A DNA stretch of 64,000 bases from a virus: IMG/VR virus record IMGVR_UViG_3300021960_000043, positions 31,232 to 95,231 of that record, one strand, 5' to 3'. Position numbers and translations under genes: made by a program. Below, piece by piece: positions 24,401 to 30,019 of this stretch. The notes beneath the pieces are model-generated. The model saw only the letters and a program-made list of their open reading frames with translations. It made no database searches and was not told the origin of the DNA. Within the stretch, counting starts at the first letter, position 1. Each line of letters opens with the position of its first letter.

Positions 24401-25867
24401 ATTAGACCTGCTTGGGATTGCGGTAACGCATACAAAGAAGGCACTAACACACCGTTTGATAGAGTGTGGAATAGTGGCTCTCCGTTATTCAATGTGAAGA
24501 ACATACTCAACAGCAGCGGTCAAGTTAGCATCACTAACAGTAAAACAATACCGCGTTTTGGCGGTGTTGTAAATGATGCAAATAACGATAGTAGTAGCAC
24601 CTTAGTGGATGTGTTTGCACCATTCCATTCTTTGAGAGTGGGTGATATGGGTAACGGTAGAGGTGTTAGATACCCGACTTTCTTCAACCAATGTGTGTAT
24701 ACCGATGTTAGTCAGGCTGTGGTTAACACAGGTTTGGTTCTAAGCAAGCACACATCTGAACCGTTGTTTGGTGAGGGTTTGTTACGCCCCCGTAACGCTG
24801 TACTGCAAGCCGATGAAGTCAAGAGAGGTATAAGCAATTCACTCAATTTATCAGATGATGGTTTGTTGAAACCCGAAGCAACGGTCAGTAGTAGAACAGA
24901 AACAATAAGCGGAAGTTCACAACACGTTGATGCAATCAGTAGAACAAGCCCAAGAATCGGTATTGATGCACCGTTGTTTGACACAACCGAAGAAAACTTT
25001 GTTGCTCTAAACAGCGAAGCACATAGTCTACATACAGATAGAAACGTAGGTCAAAGAGTTGTGTTGCAAAACGCATTCAAGAGAAACAGTAACAGCACAA
25101 CTAACGATTTCATCACACCTACGTCTTTCACTAGACAACCGGGTGGCTCTCCACAATCAGCAATATTGAGATTTAGCCACACTAACGTATTCCGTAGTTA
25201 TGGCGGTTCTTACATCTTAGAAGCAAAGAATTATTCGACTATAGTTGATGATAGTGGTTGGGGTAGAGACAACATAGCATCACCTAGTAAATCAAGTAAT
25301 CCTTATCAAAACTCAGTTAAGAAAAACAACAATCGAGCAAACAATGAAACTGATAAGTCAGTAAGATTCTTACTAAGACCGATTAGAGTGTTGGATAATA
25401 AACACGTTGAATTGTATAGAATGAACGACCAATTACATTCTGATAGTCCTCAAGAAGTTGACACGGAGAAATCTTACTACGCTGTCACATCAGGTAACAA
25501 ATATGGGTTGTTTAACTATGAAGTAGATACACCTTCCACATCATCATTCTATGTGGGTGGTACAGCAGGTGCAAATGCAAACGGGCCGTATTATCCTGTG
25601 GTGTTGTTTGATGATGCTTCTTTCACAAATACTCGTTCAACAGGTCCAACAATACCAACTAGTGAATCTTCAAACTTCACCACAAATGTCAAACAAACTG
25701 TTGCTAGACTTATTGTAACAGAAAACACATTACAACATCACCGTTCTGATTCTGTAAGAAAAGGTGATTTCACAGTCCAACCAAGATTCTCTCAAACGCT
25801 GCATCCTAAAGGACACAAAGGAGATGTAAGTTTCAACACAGACGACCACACAGGTGATGCAACATGA
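9461..25867 (+). CDS. Giant virion/tail-tip protein (~5,470 aa) with N-terminal LamG/concanavalin-like domain; probable ATA start at 9461 (ORF track starts at GTG 9524)
   Basis: 16.4-kb uninterrupted ORF; AFFFDGISDSIVVP...HVVATFYG..IEIYVNG...IFIGG...FRGVIESL LamG motifs; S/T/G-rich. Confidence 0.85.
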   Translation: MTLIGTSNHAFFFDGISDSIVVPQGYFSSIGNKNIDSEHDIRSLLNAKAKGGIESVTSGLYSRHIAIESWLMPDFGGVVVEKRNQFSLKVGEVHEAAPIVFTVSLLNKGRVEEHTIETGYHDGSRYVGAIYPKTESSGIFNTQPSDLNRNHRELIHVVATFYGNKIEIYVNGILMAHKTLNNPDYILNVSEENIFIGGKGGEFRGVIESLHLAANFRPQMINPSVPLKGEDTLLLYRFEEPITVFDDVFKLTSSASSGATTINIGTTAAAKLATLLKGVSVTSGTIDFTQSPFSSGNYKVIQSTSSGITKHDVAHVPYNLLLRPGGYDYTTKKPNGSPPERVRLKSINVDTGVLTIASIHLDFNTANNGARGLLHVHTTDSRLVVVGADLLIDSGTGKPYQPPHYSSRAIDRTGQMVIDESTYEQHGFVYSSRMALSTTDTDNPYAATWPTTISTDFSIGHSGRHINNHVEGHHYLRKFPKANEEILDSQSDGSADLISAIYDVPLDGMKEQLSINSKVDLYKEIGDYTVIDFVNSSTVSSIYSNYELTSSPGSGVQEIIAIGGSGFNYTPFLLKSPVISPTATPNENTRSHHLRPSKESRVALLHVPVLASTYNLAPYVQIHYNAIDLTGASMNSSNSSVPLLMVEKMIPSGTTVIAEGVFLFETIKTALNSGDLTLYAPGGCILLDSGENANARDLLEVHALSSDSSEGYDADTLLDESNTPPNLTPYVGDTLVNTPPSIITDSTSKTTQHDSSFHRMMFETVKSTKSLGDYSDYKTMDVVATNSSAEPDTIVTSSSSPVFESFDIIDNVSIADTHADTMLIVQPSQRSRFYQLKNVKSQRNTLDNPNIISLHYLLSRGRLRSVDETKEDEGASYTTIQAIGLQNSLSGRNVSFTGSGSNDSHIVKEIEPNAPVVSVTLGGVGQGAVDTKPTFLESEFSREPYSTRRDYVVTAIKYDATNKRIYVNPINNNSANMKSWGTFGFPKAGKIYFEDGSHAKYDFKASTYFEFSTATAGSSDFVSGGREYTEIYQLLQSRNLLSGVTSSTTGDLSITAVISSEPDFGVESQIEDGTTVNDRMFHSLNDVSQDYQLGTQYASTRALVEIPFFANQFFDNESVGTLVDGDNSFKIHLDATNTAHTYNPSPVGRRPKSVEQTDREALSAYAHAIENNTYISSAKVLSYDGTITITVDDANIFPDANSSDIGTDFRNIGGNGQVLRNRRAFTKTGEWVVYTDVDYSANTLTVTDGDYFSSVNFFNELENNEGDLRLYVGQTLPTELIEPIGSDKSTPSADFESRSEYYHDQASMMTQGGNVDYGLRQYVSAIEIKAGPESNPHAEKVTTKRAKGDIQSIRSFGASDVNTVVVSLSPDDLLLFPSLGNRSIDDFTLGTGELFYEATIDYNGTDYKFHYYGHLEEINNYDNTGAAAVSSDIAKNSIVLVYYTSGTYPTATPTATSGLDWVDFIGSEVKLTGRKRRVFFDEYVNNATGSVLQFENEKNPLYSELIANTKFSSGLVWASTSSKTITVTNTTTSKSLNDYFDMNFKEGDLLFFKYSGSISSVNKDEIGYLGVVDYVTGGTSITLKANVPAWMREETTAQIGVAVNDFNDFDAVLNSSWLHPYCNGGLRQGDTVWANMSYSNPHAMEGLFSKSRGIHNEGLVWKGFNGGEGSLDATNPRDSIPMENFLIGDTCIETARNLAQHINKTVEENYKSLGLNDVITADSFIVGKKYKIVSTGDTTFTSIGAIDNEVNTTFTATGVGSGTGTATQLDAPTVAFVDPYLAGENHARVLLYDAEHDREYIAFQDIHMQVQSSAETTKIGWDRNVVEGTNTSSTDLVKRLPEINGAAAHGYTTQIDVANGYPSQNKFIRSTQQSKFIESAYAHDLANKQTDDLIYSTLYDDTVRQNNFSRLYGKAHGHHVHVGLSITGNADGYAYSFSTPLRNNESVASWKIANSYHVLNRKLTNGFIDGLSKNISDSLRDRGTFFDTPDGTRVIPAFLCLKGIRAESLDLSDARMKLLPQWTQMDFVRRLTISTGEVAESESVVDVESAVNEIVRKINQYGALQARLSNGASAHDPSPFWDSDKAFANQDRGSHMGYLRAHIGRSVEDRQGNQGHTIVIHSTVPGATGRNFCVWLDNSTSQTSYNPQFLVGHGGRWRNFWALPEEKQGENMHPAPMPLDKNGRPFAPITTLRQYIQSDESGEDVLSVADFGASKNTDLLALSDVLSGKNHNSVNPDSFDLEASATIVEGLKTGTAAIGRVNFGGLVATGVPGFSPKAGLYGFGKRGDTTFANRYGVSDIADNDYTSHISTSSLDEENIGSQNIYGLQLKDHKNNTYGVRYIYSKLGRSFSNENTILPDTFRDEVQVYFDDSSNEEGGFTIGKHMRGTGDATGRLSSSLTASDWRGNRWNAVPSPNLGVKLSFVVSGNNVTVDDGNGSGTGYITPYTSSDFTHPDKLGYLGFPKENGVFQTTKVASGSTEGDVTSYEYRIGDTFYNCTNAPATGDYIVSPTMNWTTLVTDELLAAVTAFAINSSFNSNNDVIDYIPFDCTSMYAADGRTFGEHGVRRDAIRIKSSKQISKMFSASTHKDFGIQAAHLEFGEVRKAEVDTDGNWTFGTSRAPSNTQVDTGRSVDCGYIPSTILRVKTKFCGPNSNTVTPIIVGSDNKPINTSRWKKNLSGEDYVDVSGDKILPKIDNPIVRTDVSQSSHWNHQHVILTNDMYHFLKPATDYTSSDSSASHIQPFGERKNIYINKDTYVTAEAFVGDNTTHTLNNTIRWTANSEINWPSSVVDAFLHLHLSQEFDGIRSLGSVLSEPIVHFKGGKSSPDHSVPLFFGGGFSGVVLDVNDGSMNDYSDFYTHPYSNGPTGTAGIQNANEISTSFAMLDCNAIFSFFPGAALCNQHRGSPLPPVFNKQNVLSTDLDRGGTLCDTNGVVKAKPVPLVLRFPHPTARYEDYKNDVDNKTTYLVFGPGQAFPFHNERTTSNGETTNPTEPHPGRVVTTGNGWNKVPYYDDRFHNQINNKDTGNSWKAYRPRLKSNYLAEAMYHWRCVINWESPAGYSLGRTHRQYPSHGRNYGQMIDVDTTYDNRTQPLGYTPFIGYGIATAADTVFHMDGGFHPGGHWMDEIITFNPPKQTTEKISVSGYSEINPTAFRVGAAMVTAYIDWTQTTNLATTDVDTEYIVVDGTRCQNGEELASVISSAINSFPGKGALKSIGGTHHPSMGTSNRQDRYGWVDVANPNFTDSTCDTTSGDATVTMDSTAELFVSMSVSGTGIPSGATISSITNSTTFELSANATASNTNTTLVFGTVNSSITTMGDMWIESAETTDQDMLNNLPASGWLRASTTTSPAYACYYMKQVIPGSGSNFKARFYFAPNQFRGSVSSTADKKTLRGFFHDNGAVTPATDDKLWVWSKTGVIRFNNENASTRDHMTQVHFSGIVDAIDRTKPIGAVGWHGERYSYLNSLKVGTEGYAAGLGAYHPFLNFTPYGTASTVMNVYGSLPLIAPLTDSPESGAIINDGETTVATRKSYISTPYTSNTFTTAAASLRNYDYTDPKNTTQRSVKPPNYVFSYANTDTNSVMEDSLHHPQGVYSSAFLVVSYESELSMVAKHDRDGVDAFGDWLYAKHGTSADISDGGTTKWDERFHGQDRFIAPANAGPNVEALIVDGTQVPQGTVGSNWIDSLFPPASGDFVHLHSAVSNDLSLHNAVPGFKATGDLLYDLDHSVGSFNLQASGVERNVSEDYHSSTYTSLLHGDANKFWMSDINGYQTYKNSPVKNFTVENVVWKRMDGGNLSLPAINARGMGAVPFVTRVKNNTAYLTGEKIYGNVRFSFETTNSVMMPTIEAQELKQPGLPNYKVNNVLQIPNEEIQFQEITVVDDSGKEHTIEGGSPFGTVIRCFDVKRGKPSLANSGEAPNLAVRLPNPDSIPGNIVVRSGFDPIQAYQNETLGAGGMQHPGKGSTRLGELFERTTQHNPVNHPLYEEYGWEHFDEESGESKIGGFNTNSLDSAYELHDRMLLFHVCKVGVGHTHRYPTAYAHAVTNTVGGGVVNQALTVSSFSSGTLTASATIDTTIFAADFGTKEEDDNRRYIRVYNASGESGLASYTGVSGTTFTTVKGDANFVSLVAKTDTLTIVPSYPIPAGSARFYAANRLRDHAEVSGNSPDMAHTKYVDGSETPYQRYSKPIMTPMAYPRMGHHYVNATQPMLPGHWAHPAYQSLYKKHRFEQSVNIGRKDSKTMKDAVVASSEEVPVKADLSIGDSLNPVEAEVVFGSLNAAPSPPSDLHGGAFTLMFETSVKWDGYGVLASLGNAGVINKAGGHRIVLAAAANYTLANHFPDPSEVGAYQIVIQPNMFRGQFGGVIESESYAFTGQQVNTVIGIKKYDSEFGGLVLILAKATQFDCRGCEVFVNELMLDVSPDFGSQFTKIPPLLLYNSYGVNLNETPSFTRRNFPYSPMMVKSTPSHTLNVPWWSILFGKIDSSTELITDNSNYMGLSQYAPHNYEVFAKSTYGSVGHILGMQGHNTKYPNIYSSILENTSPIAKSIVATKTSNGEFTVNDGSGFPANPQFGQEIYYTAANGRVYSTTYTRTGYATDGINLRNTFNVTNSSQFYSNLTTGVTIYLSTNYNSYTSKQYSNDKTISNYAKTISTLSSGSRDTNTLHPPDAFLCLWSHNLGRPMTYFSDTRSAWDSQPSVQARYNAVPEHYETIHYHSANYQMSFGPFSFMMKAQKASNGDGTVNTIDNDLNTYDISSGIYGATLYGGYWPCGSRGGPQVSCLDSYTQSSVSWALPGFASNVTMNWEDEGWNSLNNIYTRTTGLTTRISNDTVRRNFGYRVGLKQAYNRPAWGIIPARGALEKTATGSAYNTTSYDSGPIVQIETHGNLSSKYNGILGRLSNFTGMLNSDVQGEQVRYAQGTRMTRPFGVPVRTLSNKSTVERDWWGDVEGLEITDLALASKHYLVDWWGNDRGEDVRKSPVRGFGIRPAWDCGNAYKEGTNTPFDRVWNSGSPLFNVKNILNSSGQVSITNSKTIPRFGGVVNDANNDSSSTLVDVFAPFHSLRVGDMGNGRGVRYPTFFNQCVYTDVSQAVVNTGLVLSKHTSEPLFGEGLLRPRNAVLQADEVKRGISNSLNLSDDGLLKPEATVSSRTETISGSSQHVDAISRTSPRIGIDAPLFDTTEENFVALNSEAHSLHTDRNVGQRVVLQNAFKRNSNSTTNDFITPTSFTRQPGGSPQSAILRFSHTNVFRSYGGSYILEAKNYSTIVDDSGWGRDNIASPSKSSNPYQNSVKKNNNRANNETDKSVRFLLRPIRVLDNKHVELYRMNDQLHSDSPQEVDTEKSYYAVTSGNKYGLFNYEVDTPSTSSFYVGGTAGANANGPYYPVVLFDDASFTNTRSTGPTIPTSESSNFTTNVKQTVARLIVTENTLQHHRSDSVRKGDFTVQPRFSQTLHPKGHKGDVSFNTDDHTGDAT

Positions 25868-27264
25868 CTTTGATAGAACCTGCTAACGGGGCTTTCACCG
25901 AATCTCCAAATGAGATTATGTATGATGTTAGAAAACCTGTGTTTGTAGACAACGCACTTCATTTAGGAAAATACGAATCACAAAAACTAGGTTTGCCAAA
26001 GGTAAGTTTTACCGCAACACCACACACATTGGCTACTGAAAAGAAATACAGCGTTGTTGAAGAGCAATCGTCAATGTTATTATCCCACAACAAAACAGCA
26101 GGGCATACATCTAAAGTTAGCGTTTATTCCCCTAGTGGTGTTAACACAACATCTAGATTGCTATATGACTCTAATGATGTAAGTAAAAGGCTCTATAGAG
26201 ATACTGTAGAAAATCTTCCTGAGCAAATTAGACTCAATTTATCCAACATGGAAAATCAAACATTTGCTGATTTAGGGTTGAGTAACACATTCCATCTAGG
26301 CCAACCCGTTGACGTTGGACTAAGAACTAGTGATTTAGCACTAGAGTTAGCATCTGAGGTTGATGGTGTACTATCTTCCGTATCAATAGGCACACCTTTG
26401 ACTGTAACAAACGCAGATTCACAAAGGAGAAAACACAGTAACACTTTCTCAGCCTTTAATTTCAATAACTTCAATCTGATGGTCGCTCTAAAGATTCTTT
26501 CAAGAAGAGACAATAGAGTTTTAGAGTTTGATAACTTTGGTAATCTATTGTTTGTACCATTTAACTTTTCTAAACAACATCACAGAGTATACAAAGATTT
26601 ACGATTTGGCCCTGAGAAGAATAACCCTATAGATGACACTTTGAATAGAGTAACTGTCAAAGGTAGCGTTATTGCTTTGAATGACAAGAATATTGTAACA
26701 CTTAACGATGGTGGTAGACAAAAAGGCCGCTTCAATAGTAACGTCATAGAAAATACAACCCCAATAGTGGATTTGTCTTTAATGGGTCATAATGAAGTAA
26801 GTAAAGCAGCAAGACAGATTTTGAAGGCTAATAATTTACTTAGCAAATCAATAGAGACAAAAGGCCATCCTGATTTGTGGTATCTAAGACCGGGAGATGT
26901 AATGATGTATGGTGAGAAAAGATATGTTATTATGGAAGCACAACATAGTTTAACAAATAGAATGAGTGATTTTAATTTGCTTTCATTACAAGCGGGTATA
27001 GAAAATATATTACAATCTATTGATGAGAGTGCTGTAAGTTCAATTGATGTGAAGAGTGAAAATCTGAAAGAGCAAATAATTAAAGAAAATCTCAATTTCT
27101 TTGATGAAATTAGAGTAACCACTAAAGTCAACATAATCACAAATATTGTGGAGGATGCTAAGTTAATTTTAGGTGGTAATTCCAATAGAGTTGGTTTAGG
27201 GGCAAGTGCTAAAACAATCGGAATGAATAAGAGTGTTCCCTTAGTGGATGTAGGTGATGAATAA
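25864..27264 (+). CDS. Baseplate hub/tail-tip protein (gp27/gpD/Tal-like)
   Basis: FDNFGNLLF, NRVTVKG, AARQILK and LRPGDV...Y.I.E.QHS hub-like motifs. Confidence 0.6.
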   Translation: MTLIEPANGAFTESPNEIMYDVRKPVFVDNALHLGKYESQKLGLPKVSFTATPHTLATEKKYSVVEEQSSMLLSHNKTAGHTSKVSVYSPSGVNTTSRLLYDSNDVSKRLYRDTVENLPEQIRLNLSNMENQTFADLGLSNTFHLGQPVDVGLRTSDLALELASEVDGVLSSVSIGTPLTVTNADSQRRKHSNTFSAFNFNNFNLMVALKILSRRDNRVLEFDNFGNLLFVPFNFSKQHHRVYKDLRFGPEKNNPIDDTLNRVTVKGSVIALNDKNIVTLNDGGRQKGRFNSNVIENTTPIVDLSLMGHNEVSKAARQILKANNLLSKSIETKGHPDLWYLRPGDVMMYGEKRYVIMEAQHSLTNRMSDFNLLSLQAGIENILQSIDESAVSSIDVKSENLKEQIIKENLNFFDEIRVTTKVNIITNIVEDAKLILGGNSNRVGLGASAKTIGMNKSVPLVDVGDE

Positions 27265-27608
27265 TGGCCGTTAATGATTATCTAAAACGACTCATAGTAG
27301 AAACGATAGCCAATAACATCAATGAAGTTATAATTGGATTTGACAACACACCCCCTACAAGTAGTGATGGGAGTGCTGGTAGACCTGCTATTACAGTAAC
27401 ACCAACTGTTAAGATTTTAGACAATTCATCTATACTAGTGGAAGCCGAAATACCTATCACAGAAAAGTTCGATGAAACGCTAAAAGAAGTATACATTCAA
27501 ATGAAAGACAGCACAGGCTTTACACCTGTGAGTCGCCACGTTTTCAGACCCGTTGTGAAAGATGACAACACAGAAATGAAAATACAGATTCTATATGAGG
27601 TGAGTTAA
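27264..27608 (+). CDS. Small baseplate/fibre-attachment protein
   Basis: LKEVYI...SRHVF.PVVKD..TEMKI pattern of tail-collar/fibre adaptor domains. Confidence 0.5.
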   Translation: MAVNDYLKRLIVETIANNINEVIIGFDNTPPTSSDGSAGRPAITVTPTVKILDNSSILVEAEIPITEKFDETLKEVYIQMKDSTGFTPVSRHVFRPVVKDDNTEMKIQILYEVS

Positions 27609-30019
27609 TGTCCAATCCGCTAAAAACACACACAGACAATTTACAAGATGGAGACTTTATTTTCTCATCCTCGCTAACTAACATGCTAGAAGGTGTTCAT
27701 GGTAATGGTATACTGTTGTTAGAGGACTACGCTGTAGGTGAATCTAGAAGAGTTACACCATCTGCTTTACCGGGTGCGATTGCTTATGCTAGTGCTAACA
27801 CTATAACAATCAAAGGTGGTCATGGTGTTCTTGATGGTACATTGATAGATTTTGCTGGTGGTTATAGTAGTAATACACCCAACACGTTAACTCTTGACTT
27901 AGATAATTCAAACTATGGTTCTGCTTTAACTTCAGGACAACAATGCCTATTCGTAATCTATGTTACAACTGATAACTCTTCAGGTGTTAATAGAATTGGT
28001 GTTGAAAGAAGTAGTGCGGGTGCAAGTTTTCCTAATACACCAACTGATTTCTTGGATGAAGGAGGCTCTCTAGATGTAGACCAAACCTTTGTTTTAGGTG
28101 TAGTGAAGGCTGTTCACGCTGCTAATTCGACAACCATGCAGATAGACATAGAAAGTGATTCTAACATTTATGACCTAAGAAGTTACGTTAGACCATCACC
28201 TTTGTATTTAGGGAGAATGTCAACAGGTACTGTTGGTGCTACTGCTAGTGATGCTAATAGAATCAACAGCCATACTGACCTTGACGGTGTACATGGTGGT
28301 GGAACAGAAAATGGTACTTTTTCAGCATCTAAGTTAGGTGGCCTATGGATGGGTGCTGATGAGAGTGACAATGATGTGTTATTCTTCTCAGGTTATCAAG
28401 ATTCAACAAGAAGAACACATAGACTTGGGCCTAACTTGGTTTTAGTTCAGGCTAATTCAGACGACATAACATTTCAATTTGATGATTACAATTACTTCAT
28501 ATTAACGCCATCAGGAGACATTAATCTCACGGCTGATACAAACGATTCCGCTTTTCCGCCCGGTCATACTATCTTTGTGTCTAACAAACATGCTAGTAAT
28601 GCAGTAACATTTGTAACTTCAACTACCCCTAGTAGTTACTCTATTGGAGGTAACACTAGTGCTGTATTTGTTTTTGATGGTGCTAATTGGCAACAAACCA
28701 TGCTTTCCTCAACAGCAACCACGACATCTAGTGGTACATCAGGGCTAGTGCAATTATCTGATGGTGCAAGTGGCTTCACTAGCGACTCTACATTTAGTTT
28801 CAACACCACATCGAATAAATTAACAGTTACAGGTGATGTTAGTATTACAAATCTGTTAAGCGACCCTAAAGCGATAGAGTTTACACCACATAGTAGTAAC
28901 TTAGGAGGAACAGCAAATCAAACACTATGGATGGATAGCGGTGATTCAAATAAACTAAAATTGGGTAATGATATTATTCTTCATAGTGGTAATACAACTA
29001 GTGCTAGTTACAGTTTTGCGGGTCTATCAGATACACCTGCTAACTTCGACAGTGCTTCTAATAAGTTCCTTCAAGTCAATAATGGTGATGGGACTGATGG
29101 AACTGCTGTAGAGTTTGGTACTATAGTTGAGGGCGATTTACCCACCACACTACCTAGTGTAACTTCTATTGGTTCTAATGGAATTACTCTCACAGCAGCA
29201 GGTAATGTATTGATTAATGGTACGTTGGAAGTGTCAGGTGGTACAACAACTATCAGTTCAACAACCATTACAGTTGATGACAAGAATATTGAATTAGGTT
29301 CTGTGGATTCACCTGACGATAGCACCGCAAACGGTGGTGGTATAACACTCAGGGGTGCTGGTGATAAAACAATTTCATGGAGTAGCACCACAGGTGCTTG
29401 GGAGTTTAACAAGGGTGTATTTCCAAGTGGAAACAACACGTTAGATTTAGGTAGCAGTTCAGTAAAATGGGCTAACGGTTATTTCACCACAGTACACGGT
29501 GCTGGTAATTTCACTACAATAGCGGCTTCAGGTGATGTGGCTATCAATACTAATGACTTCGTGGTAGATACTGATGGGTCTAATCCCGCTAAAATCGGTA
29601 TCAACCAAGCAACACCACTAGCCCCCTTACAAATAGCAAATGTCGGTTATGGTGAAGCCACAGGTTCTATTACTTATACTAATAACAACGGTGATGGTAG
29701 TTCAGACGACCATATGGACATTATTCTTTACCCTATTGCTAACTTCAGGTCAGGTAAACTCTTGATAGAGTTTGATGGTGAAGATACAATTAATGGTGGT
29801 GGTAATAGAGTCTTTGAAACAGCCGAGGCTGTTGTAACCCATGATGGTGCAAATGCATCCATCACAGTATACGGTTTAGTCCAATCCAACTCCGACGAAA
29901 CTTTACAAGGTATCTACGATACCAAGATAGAAGGCGGTAATTTGATATTGGTGGTTACACCGCAGGTTACAGGAATAGACTGCGATGTTAGAGTAAGTTG
30001 GCAAGCGATGGTGGCATAA
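27608..30019 (+). CDS. Tail fibre/adhesin 1
   Basis: STTITVDDKNIELG..GGGITL..GDKT fibre motif; S/T/G-rich; C-terminal beta domain. Confidence 0.75.
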   Translation: MSNPLKTHTDNLQDGDFIFSSSLTNMLEGVHGNGILLLEDYAVGESRRVTPSALPGAIAYASANTITIKGGHGVLDGTLIDFAGGYSSNTPNTLTLDLDNSNYGSALTSGQQCLFVIYVTTDNSSGVNRIGVERSSAGASFPNTPTDFLDEGGSLDVDQTFVLGVVKAVHAANSTTMQIDIESDSNIYDLRSYVRPSPLYLGRMSTGTVGATASDANRINSHTDLDGVHGGGTENGTFSASKLGGLWMGADESDNDVLFFSGYQDSTRRTHRLGPNLVLVQANSDDITFQFDDYNYFILTPSGDINLTADTNDSAFPPGHTIFVSNKHASNAVTFVTSTTPSSYSIGGNTSAVFVFDGANWQQTMLSSTATTTSSGTSGLVQLSDGASGFTSDSTFSFNTTSNKLTVTGDVSITNLLSDPKAIEFTPHSSNLGGTANQTLWMDSGDSNKLKLGNDIILHSGNTTSASYSFAGLSDTPANFDSASNKFLQVNNGDGTDGTAVEFGTIVEGDLPTTLPSVTSIGSNGITLTAAGNVLINGTLEVSGGTTTISSTTITVDDKNIELGSVDSPDDSTANGGGITLRGAGDKTISWSSTTGAWEFNKGVFPSGNNTLDLGSSSVKWANGYFTTVHGAGNFTTIAASGDVAINTNDFVVDTDGSNPAKIGINQATPLAPLQIANVGYGEATGSITYTNNNGDGSSDDHMDIILYPIANFRSGKLLIEFDGEDTINGGGNRVFETAEAVVTHDGANASITVYGLVQSNSDETLQGIYDTKIEGGNLILVVTPQVTGIDCDVRVSWQAMVA

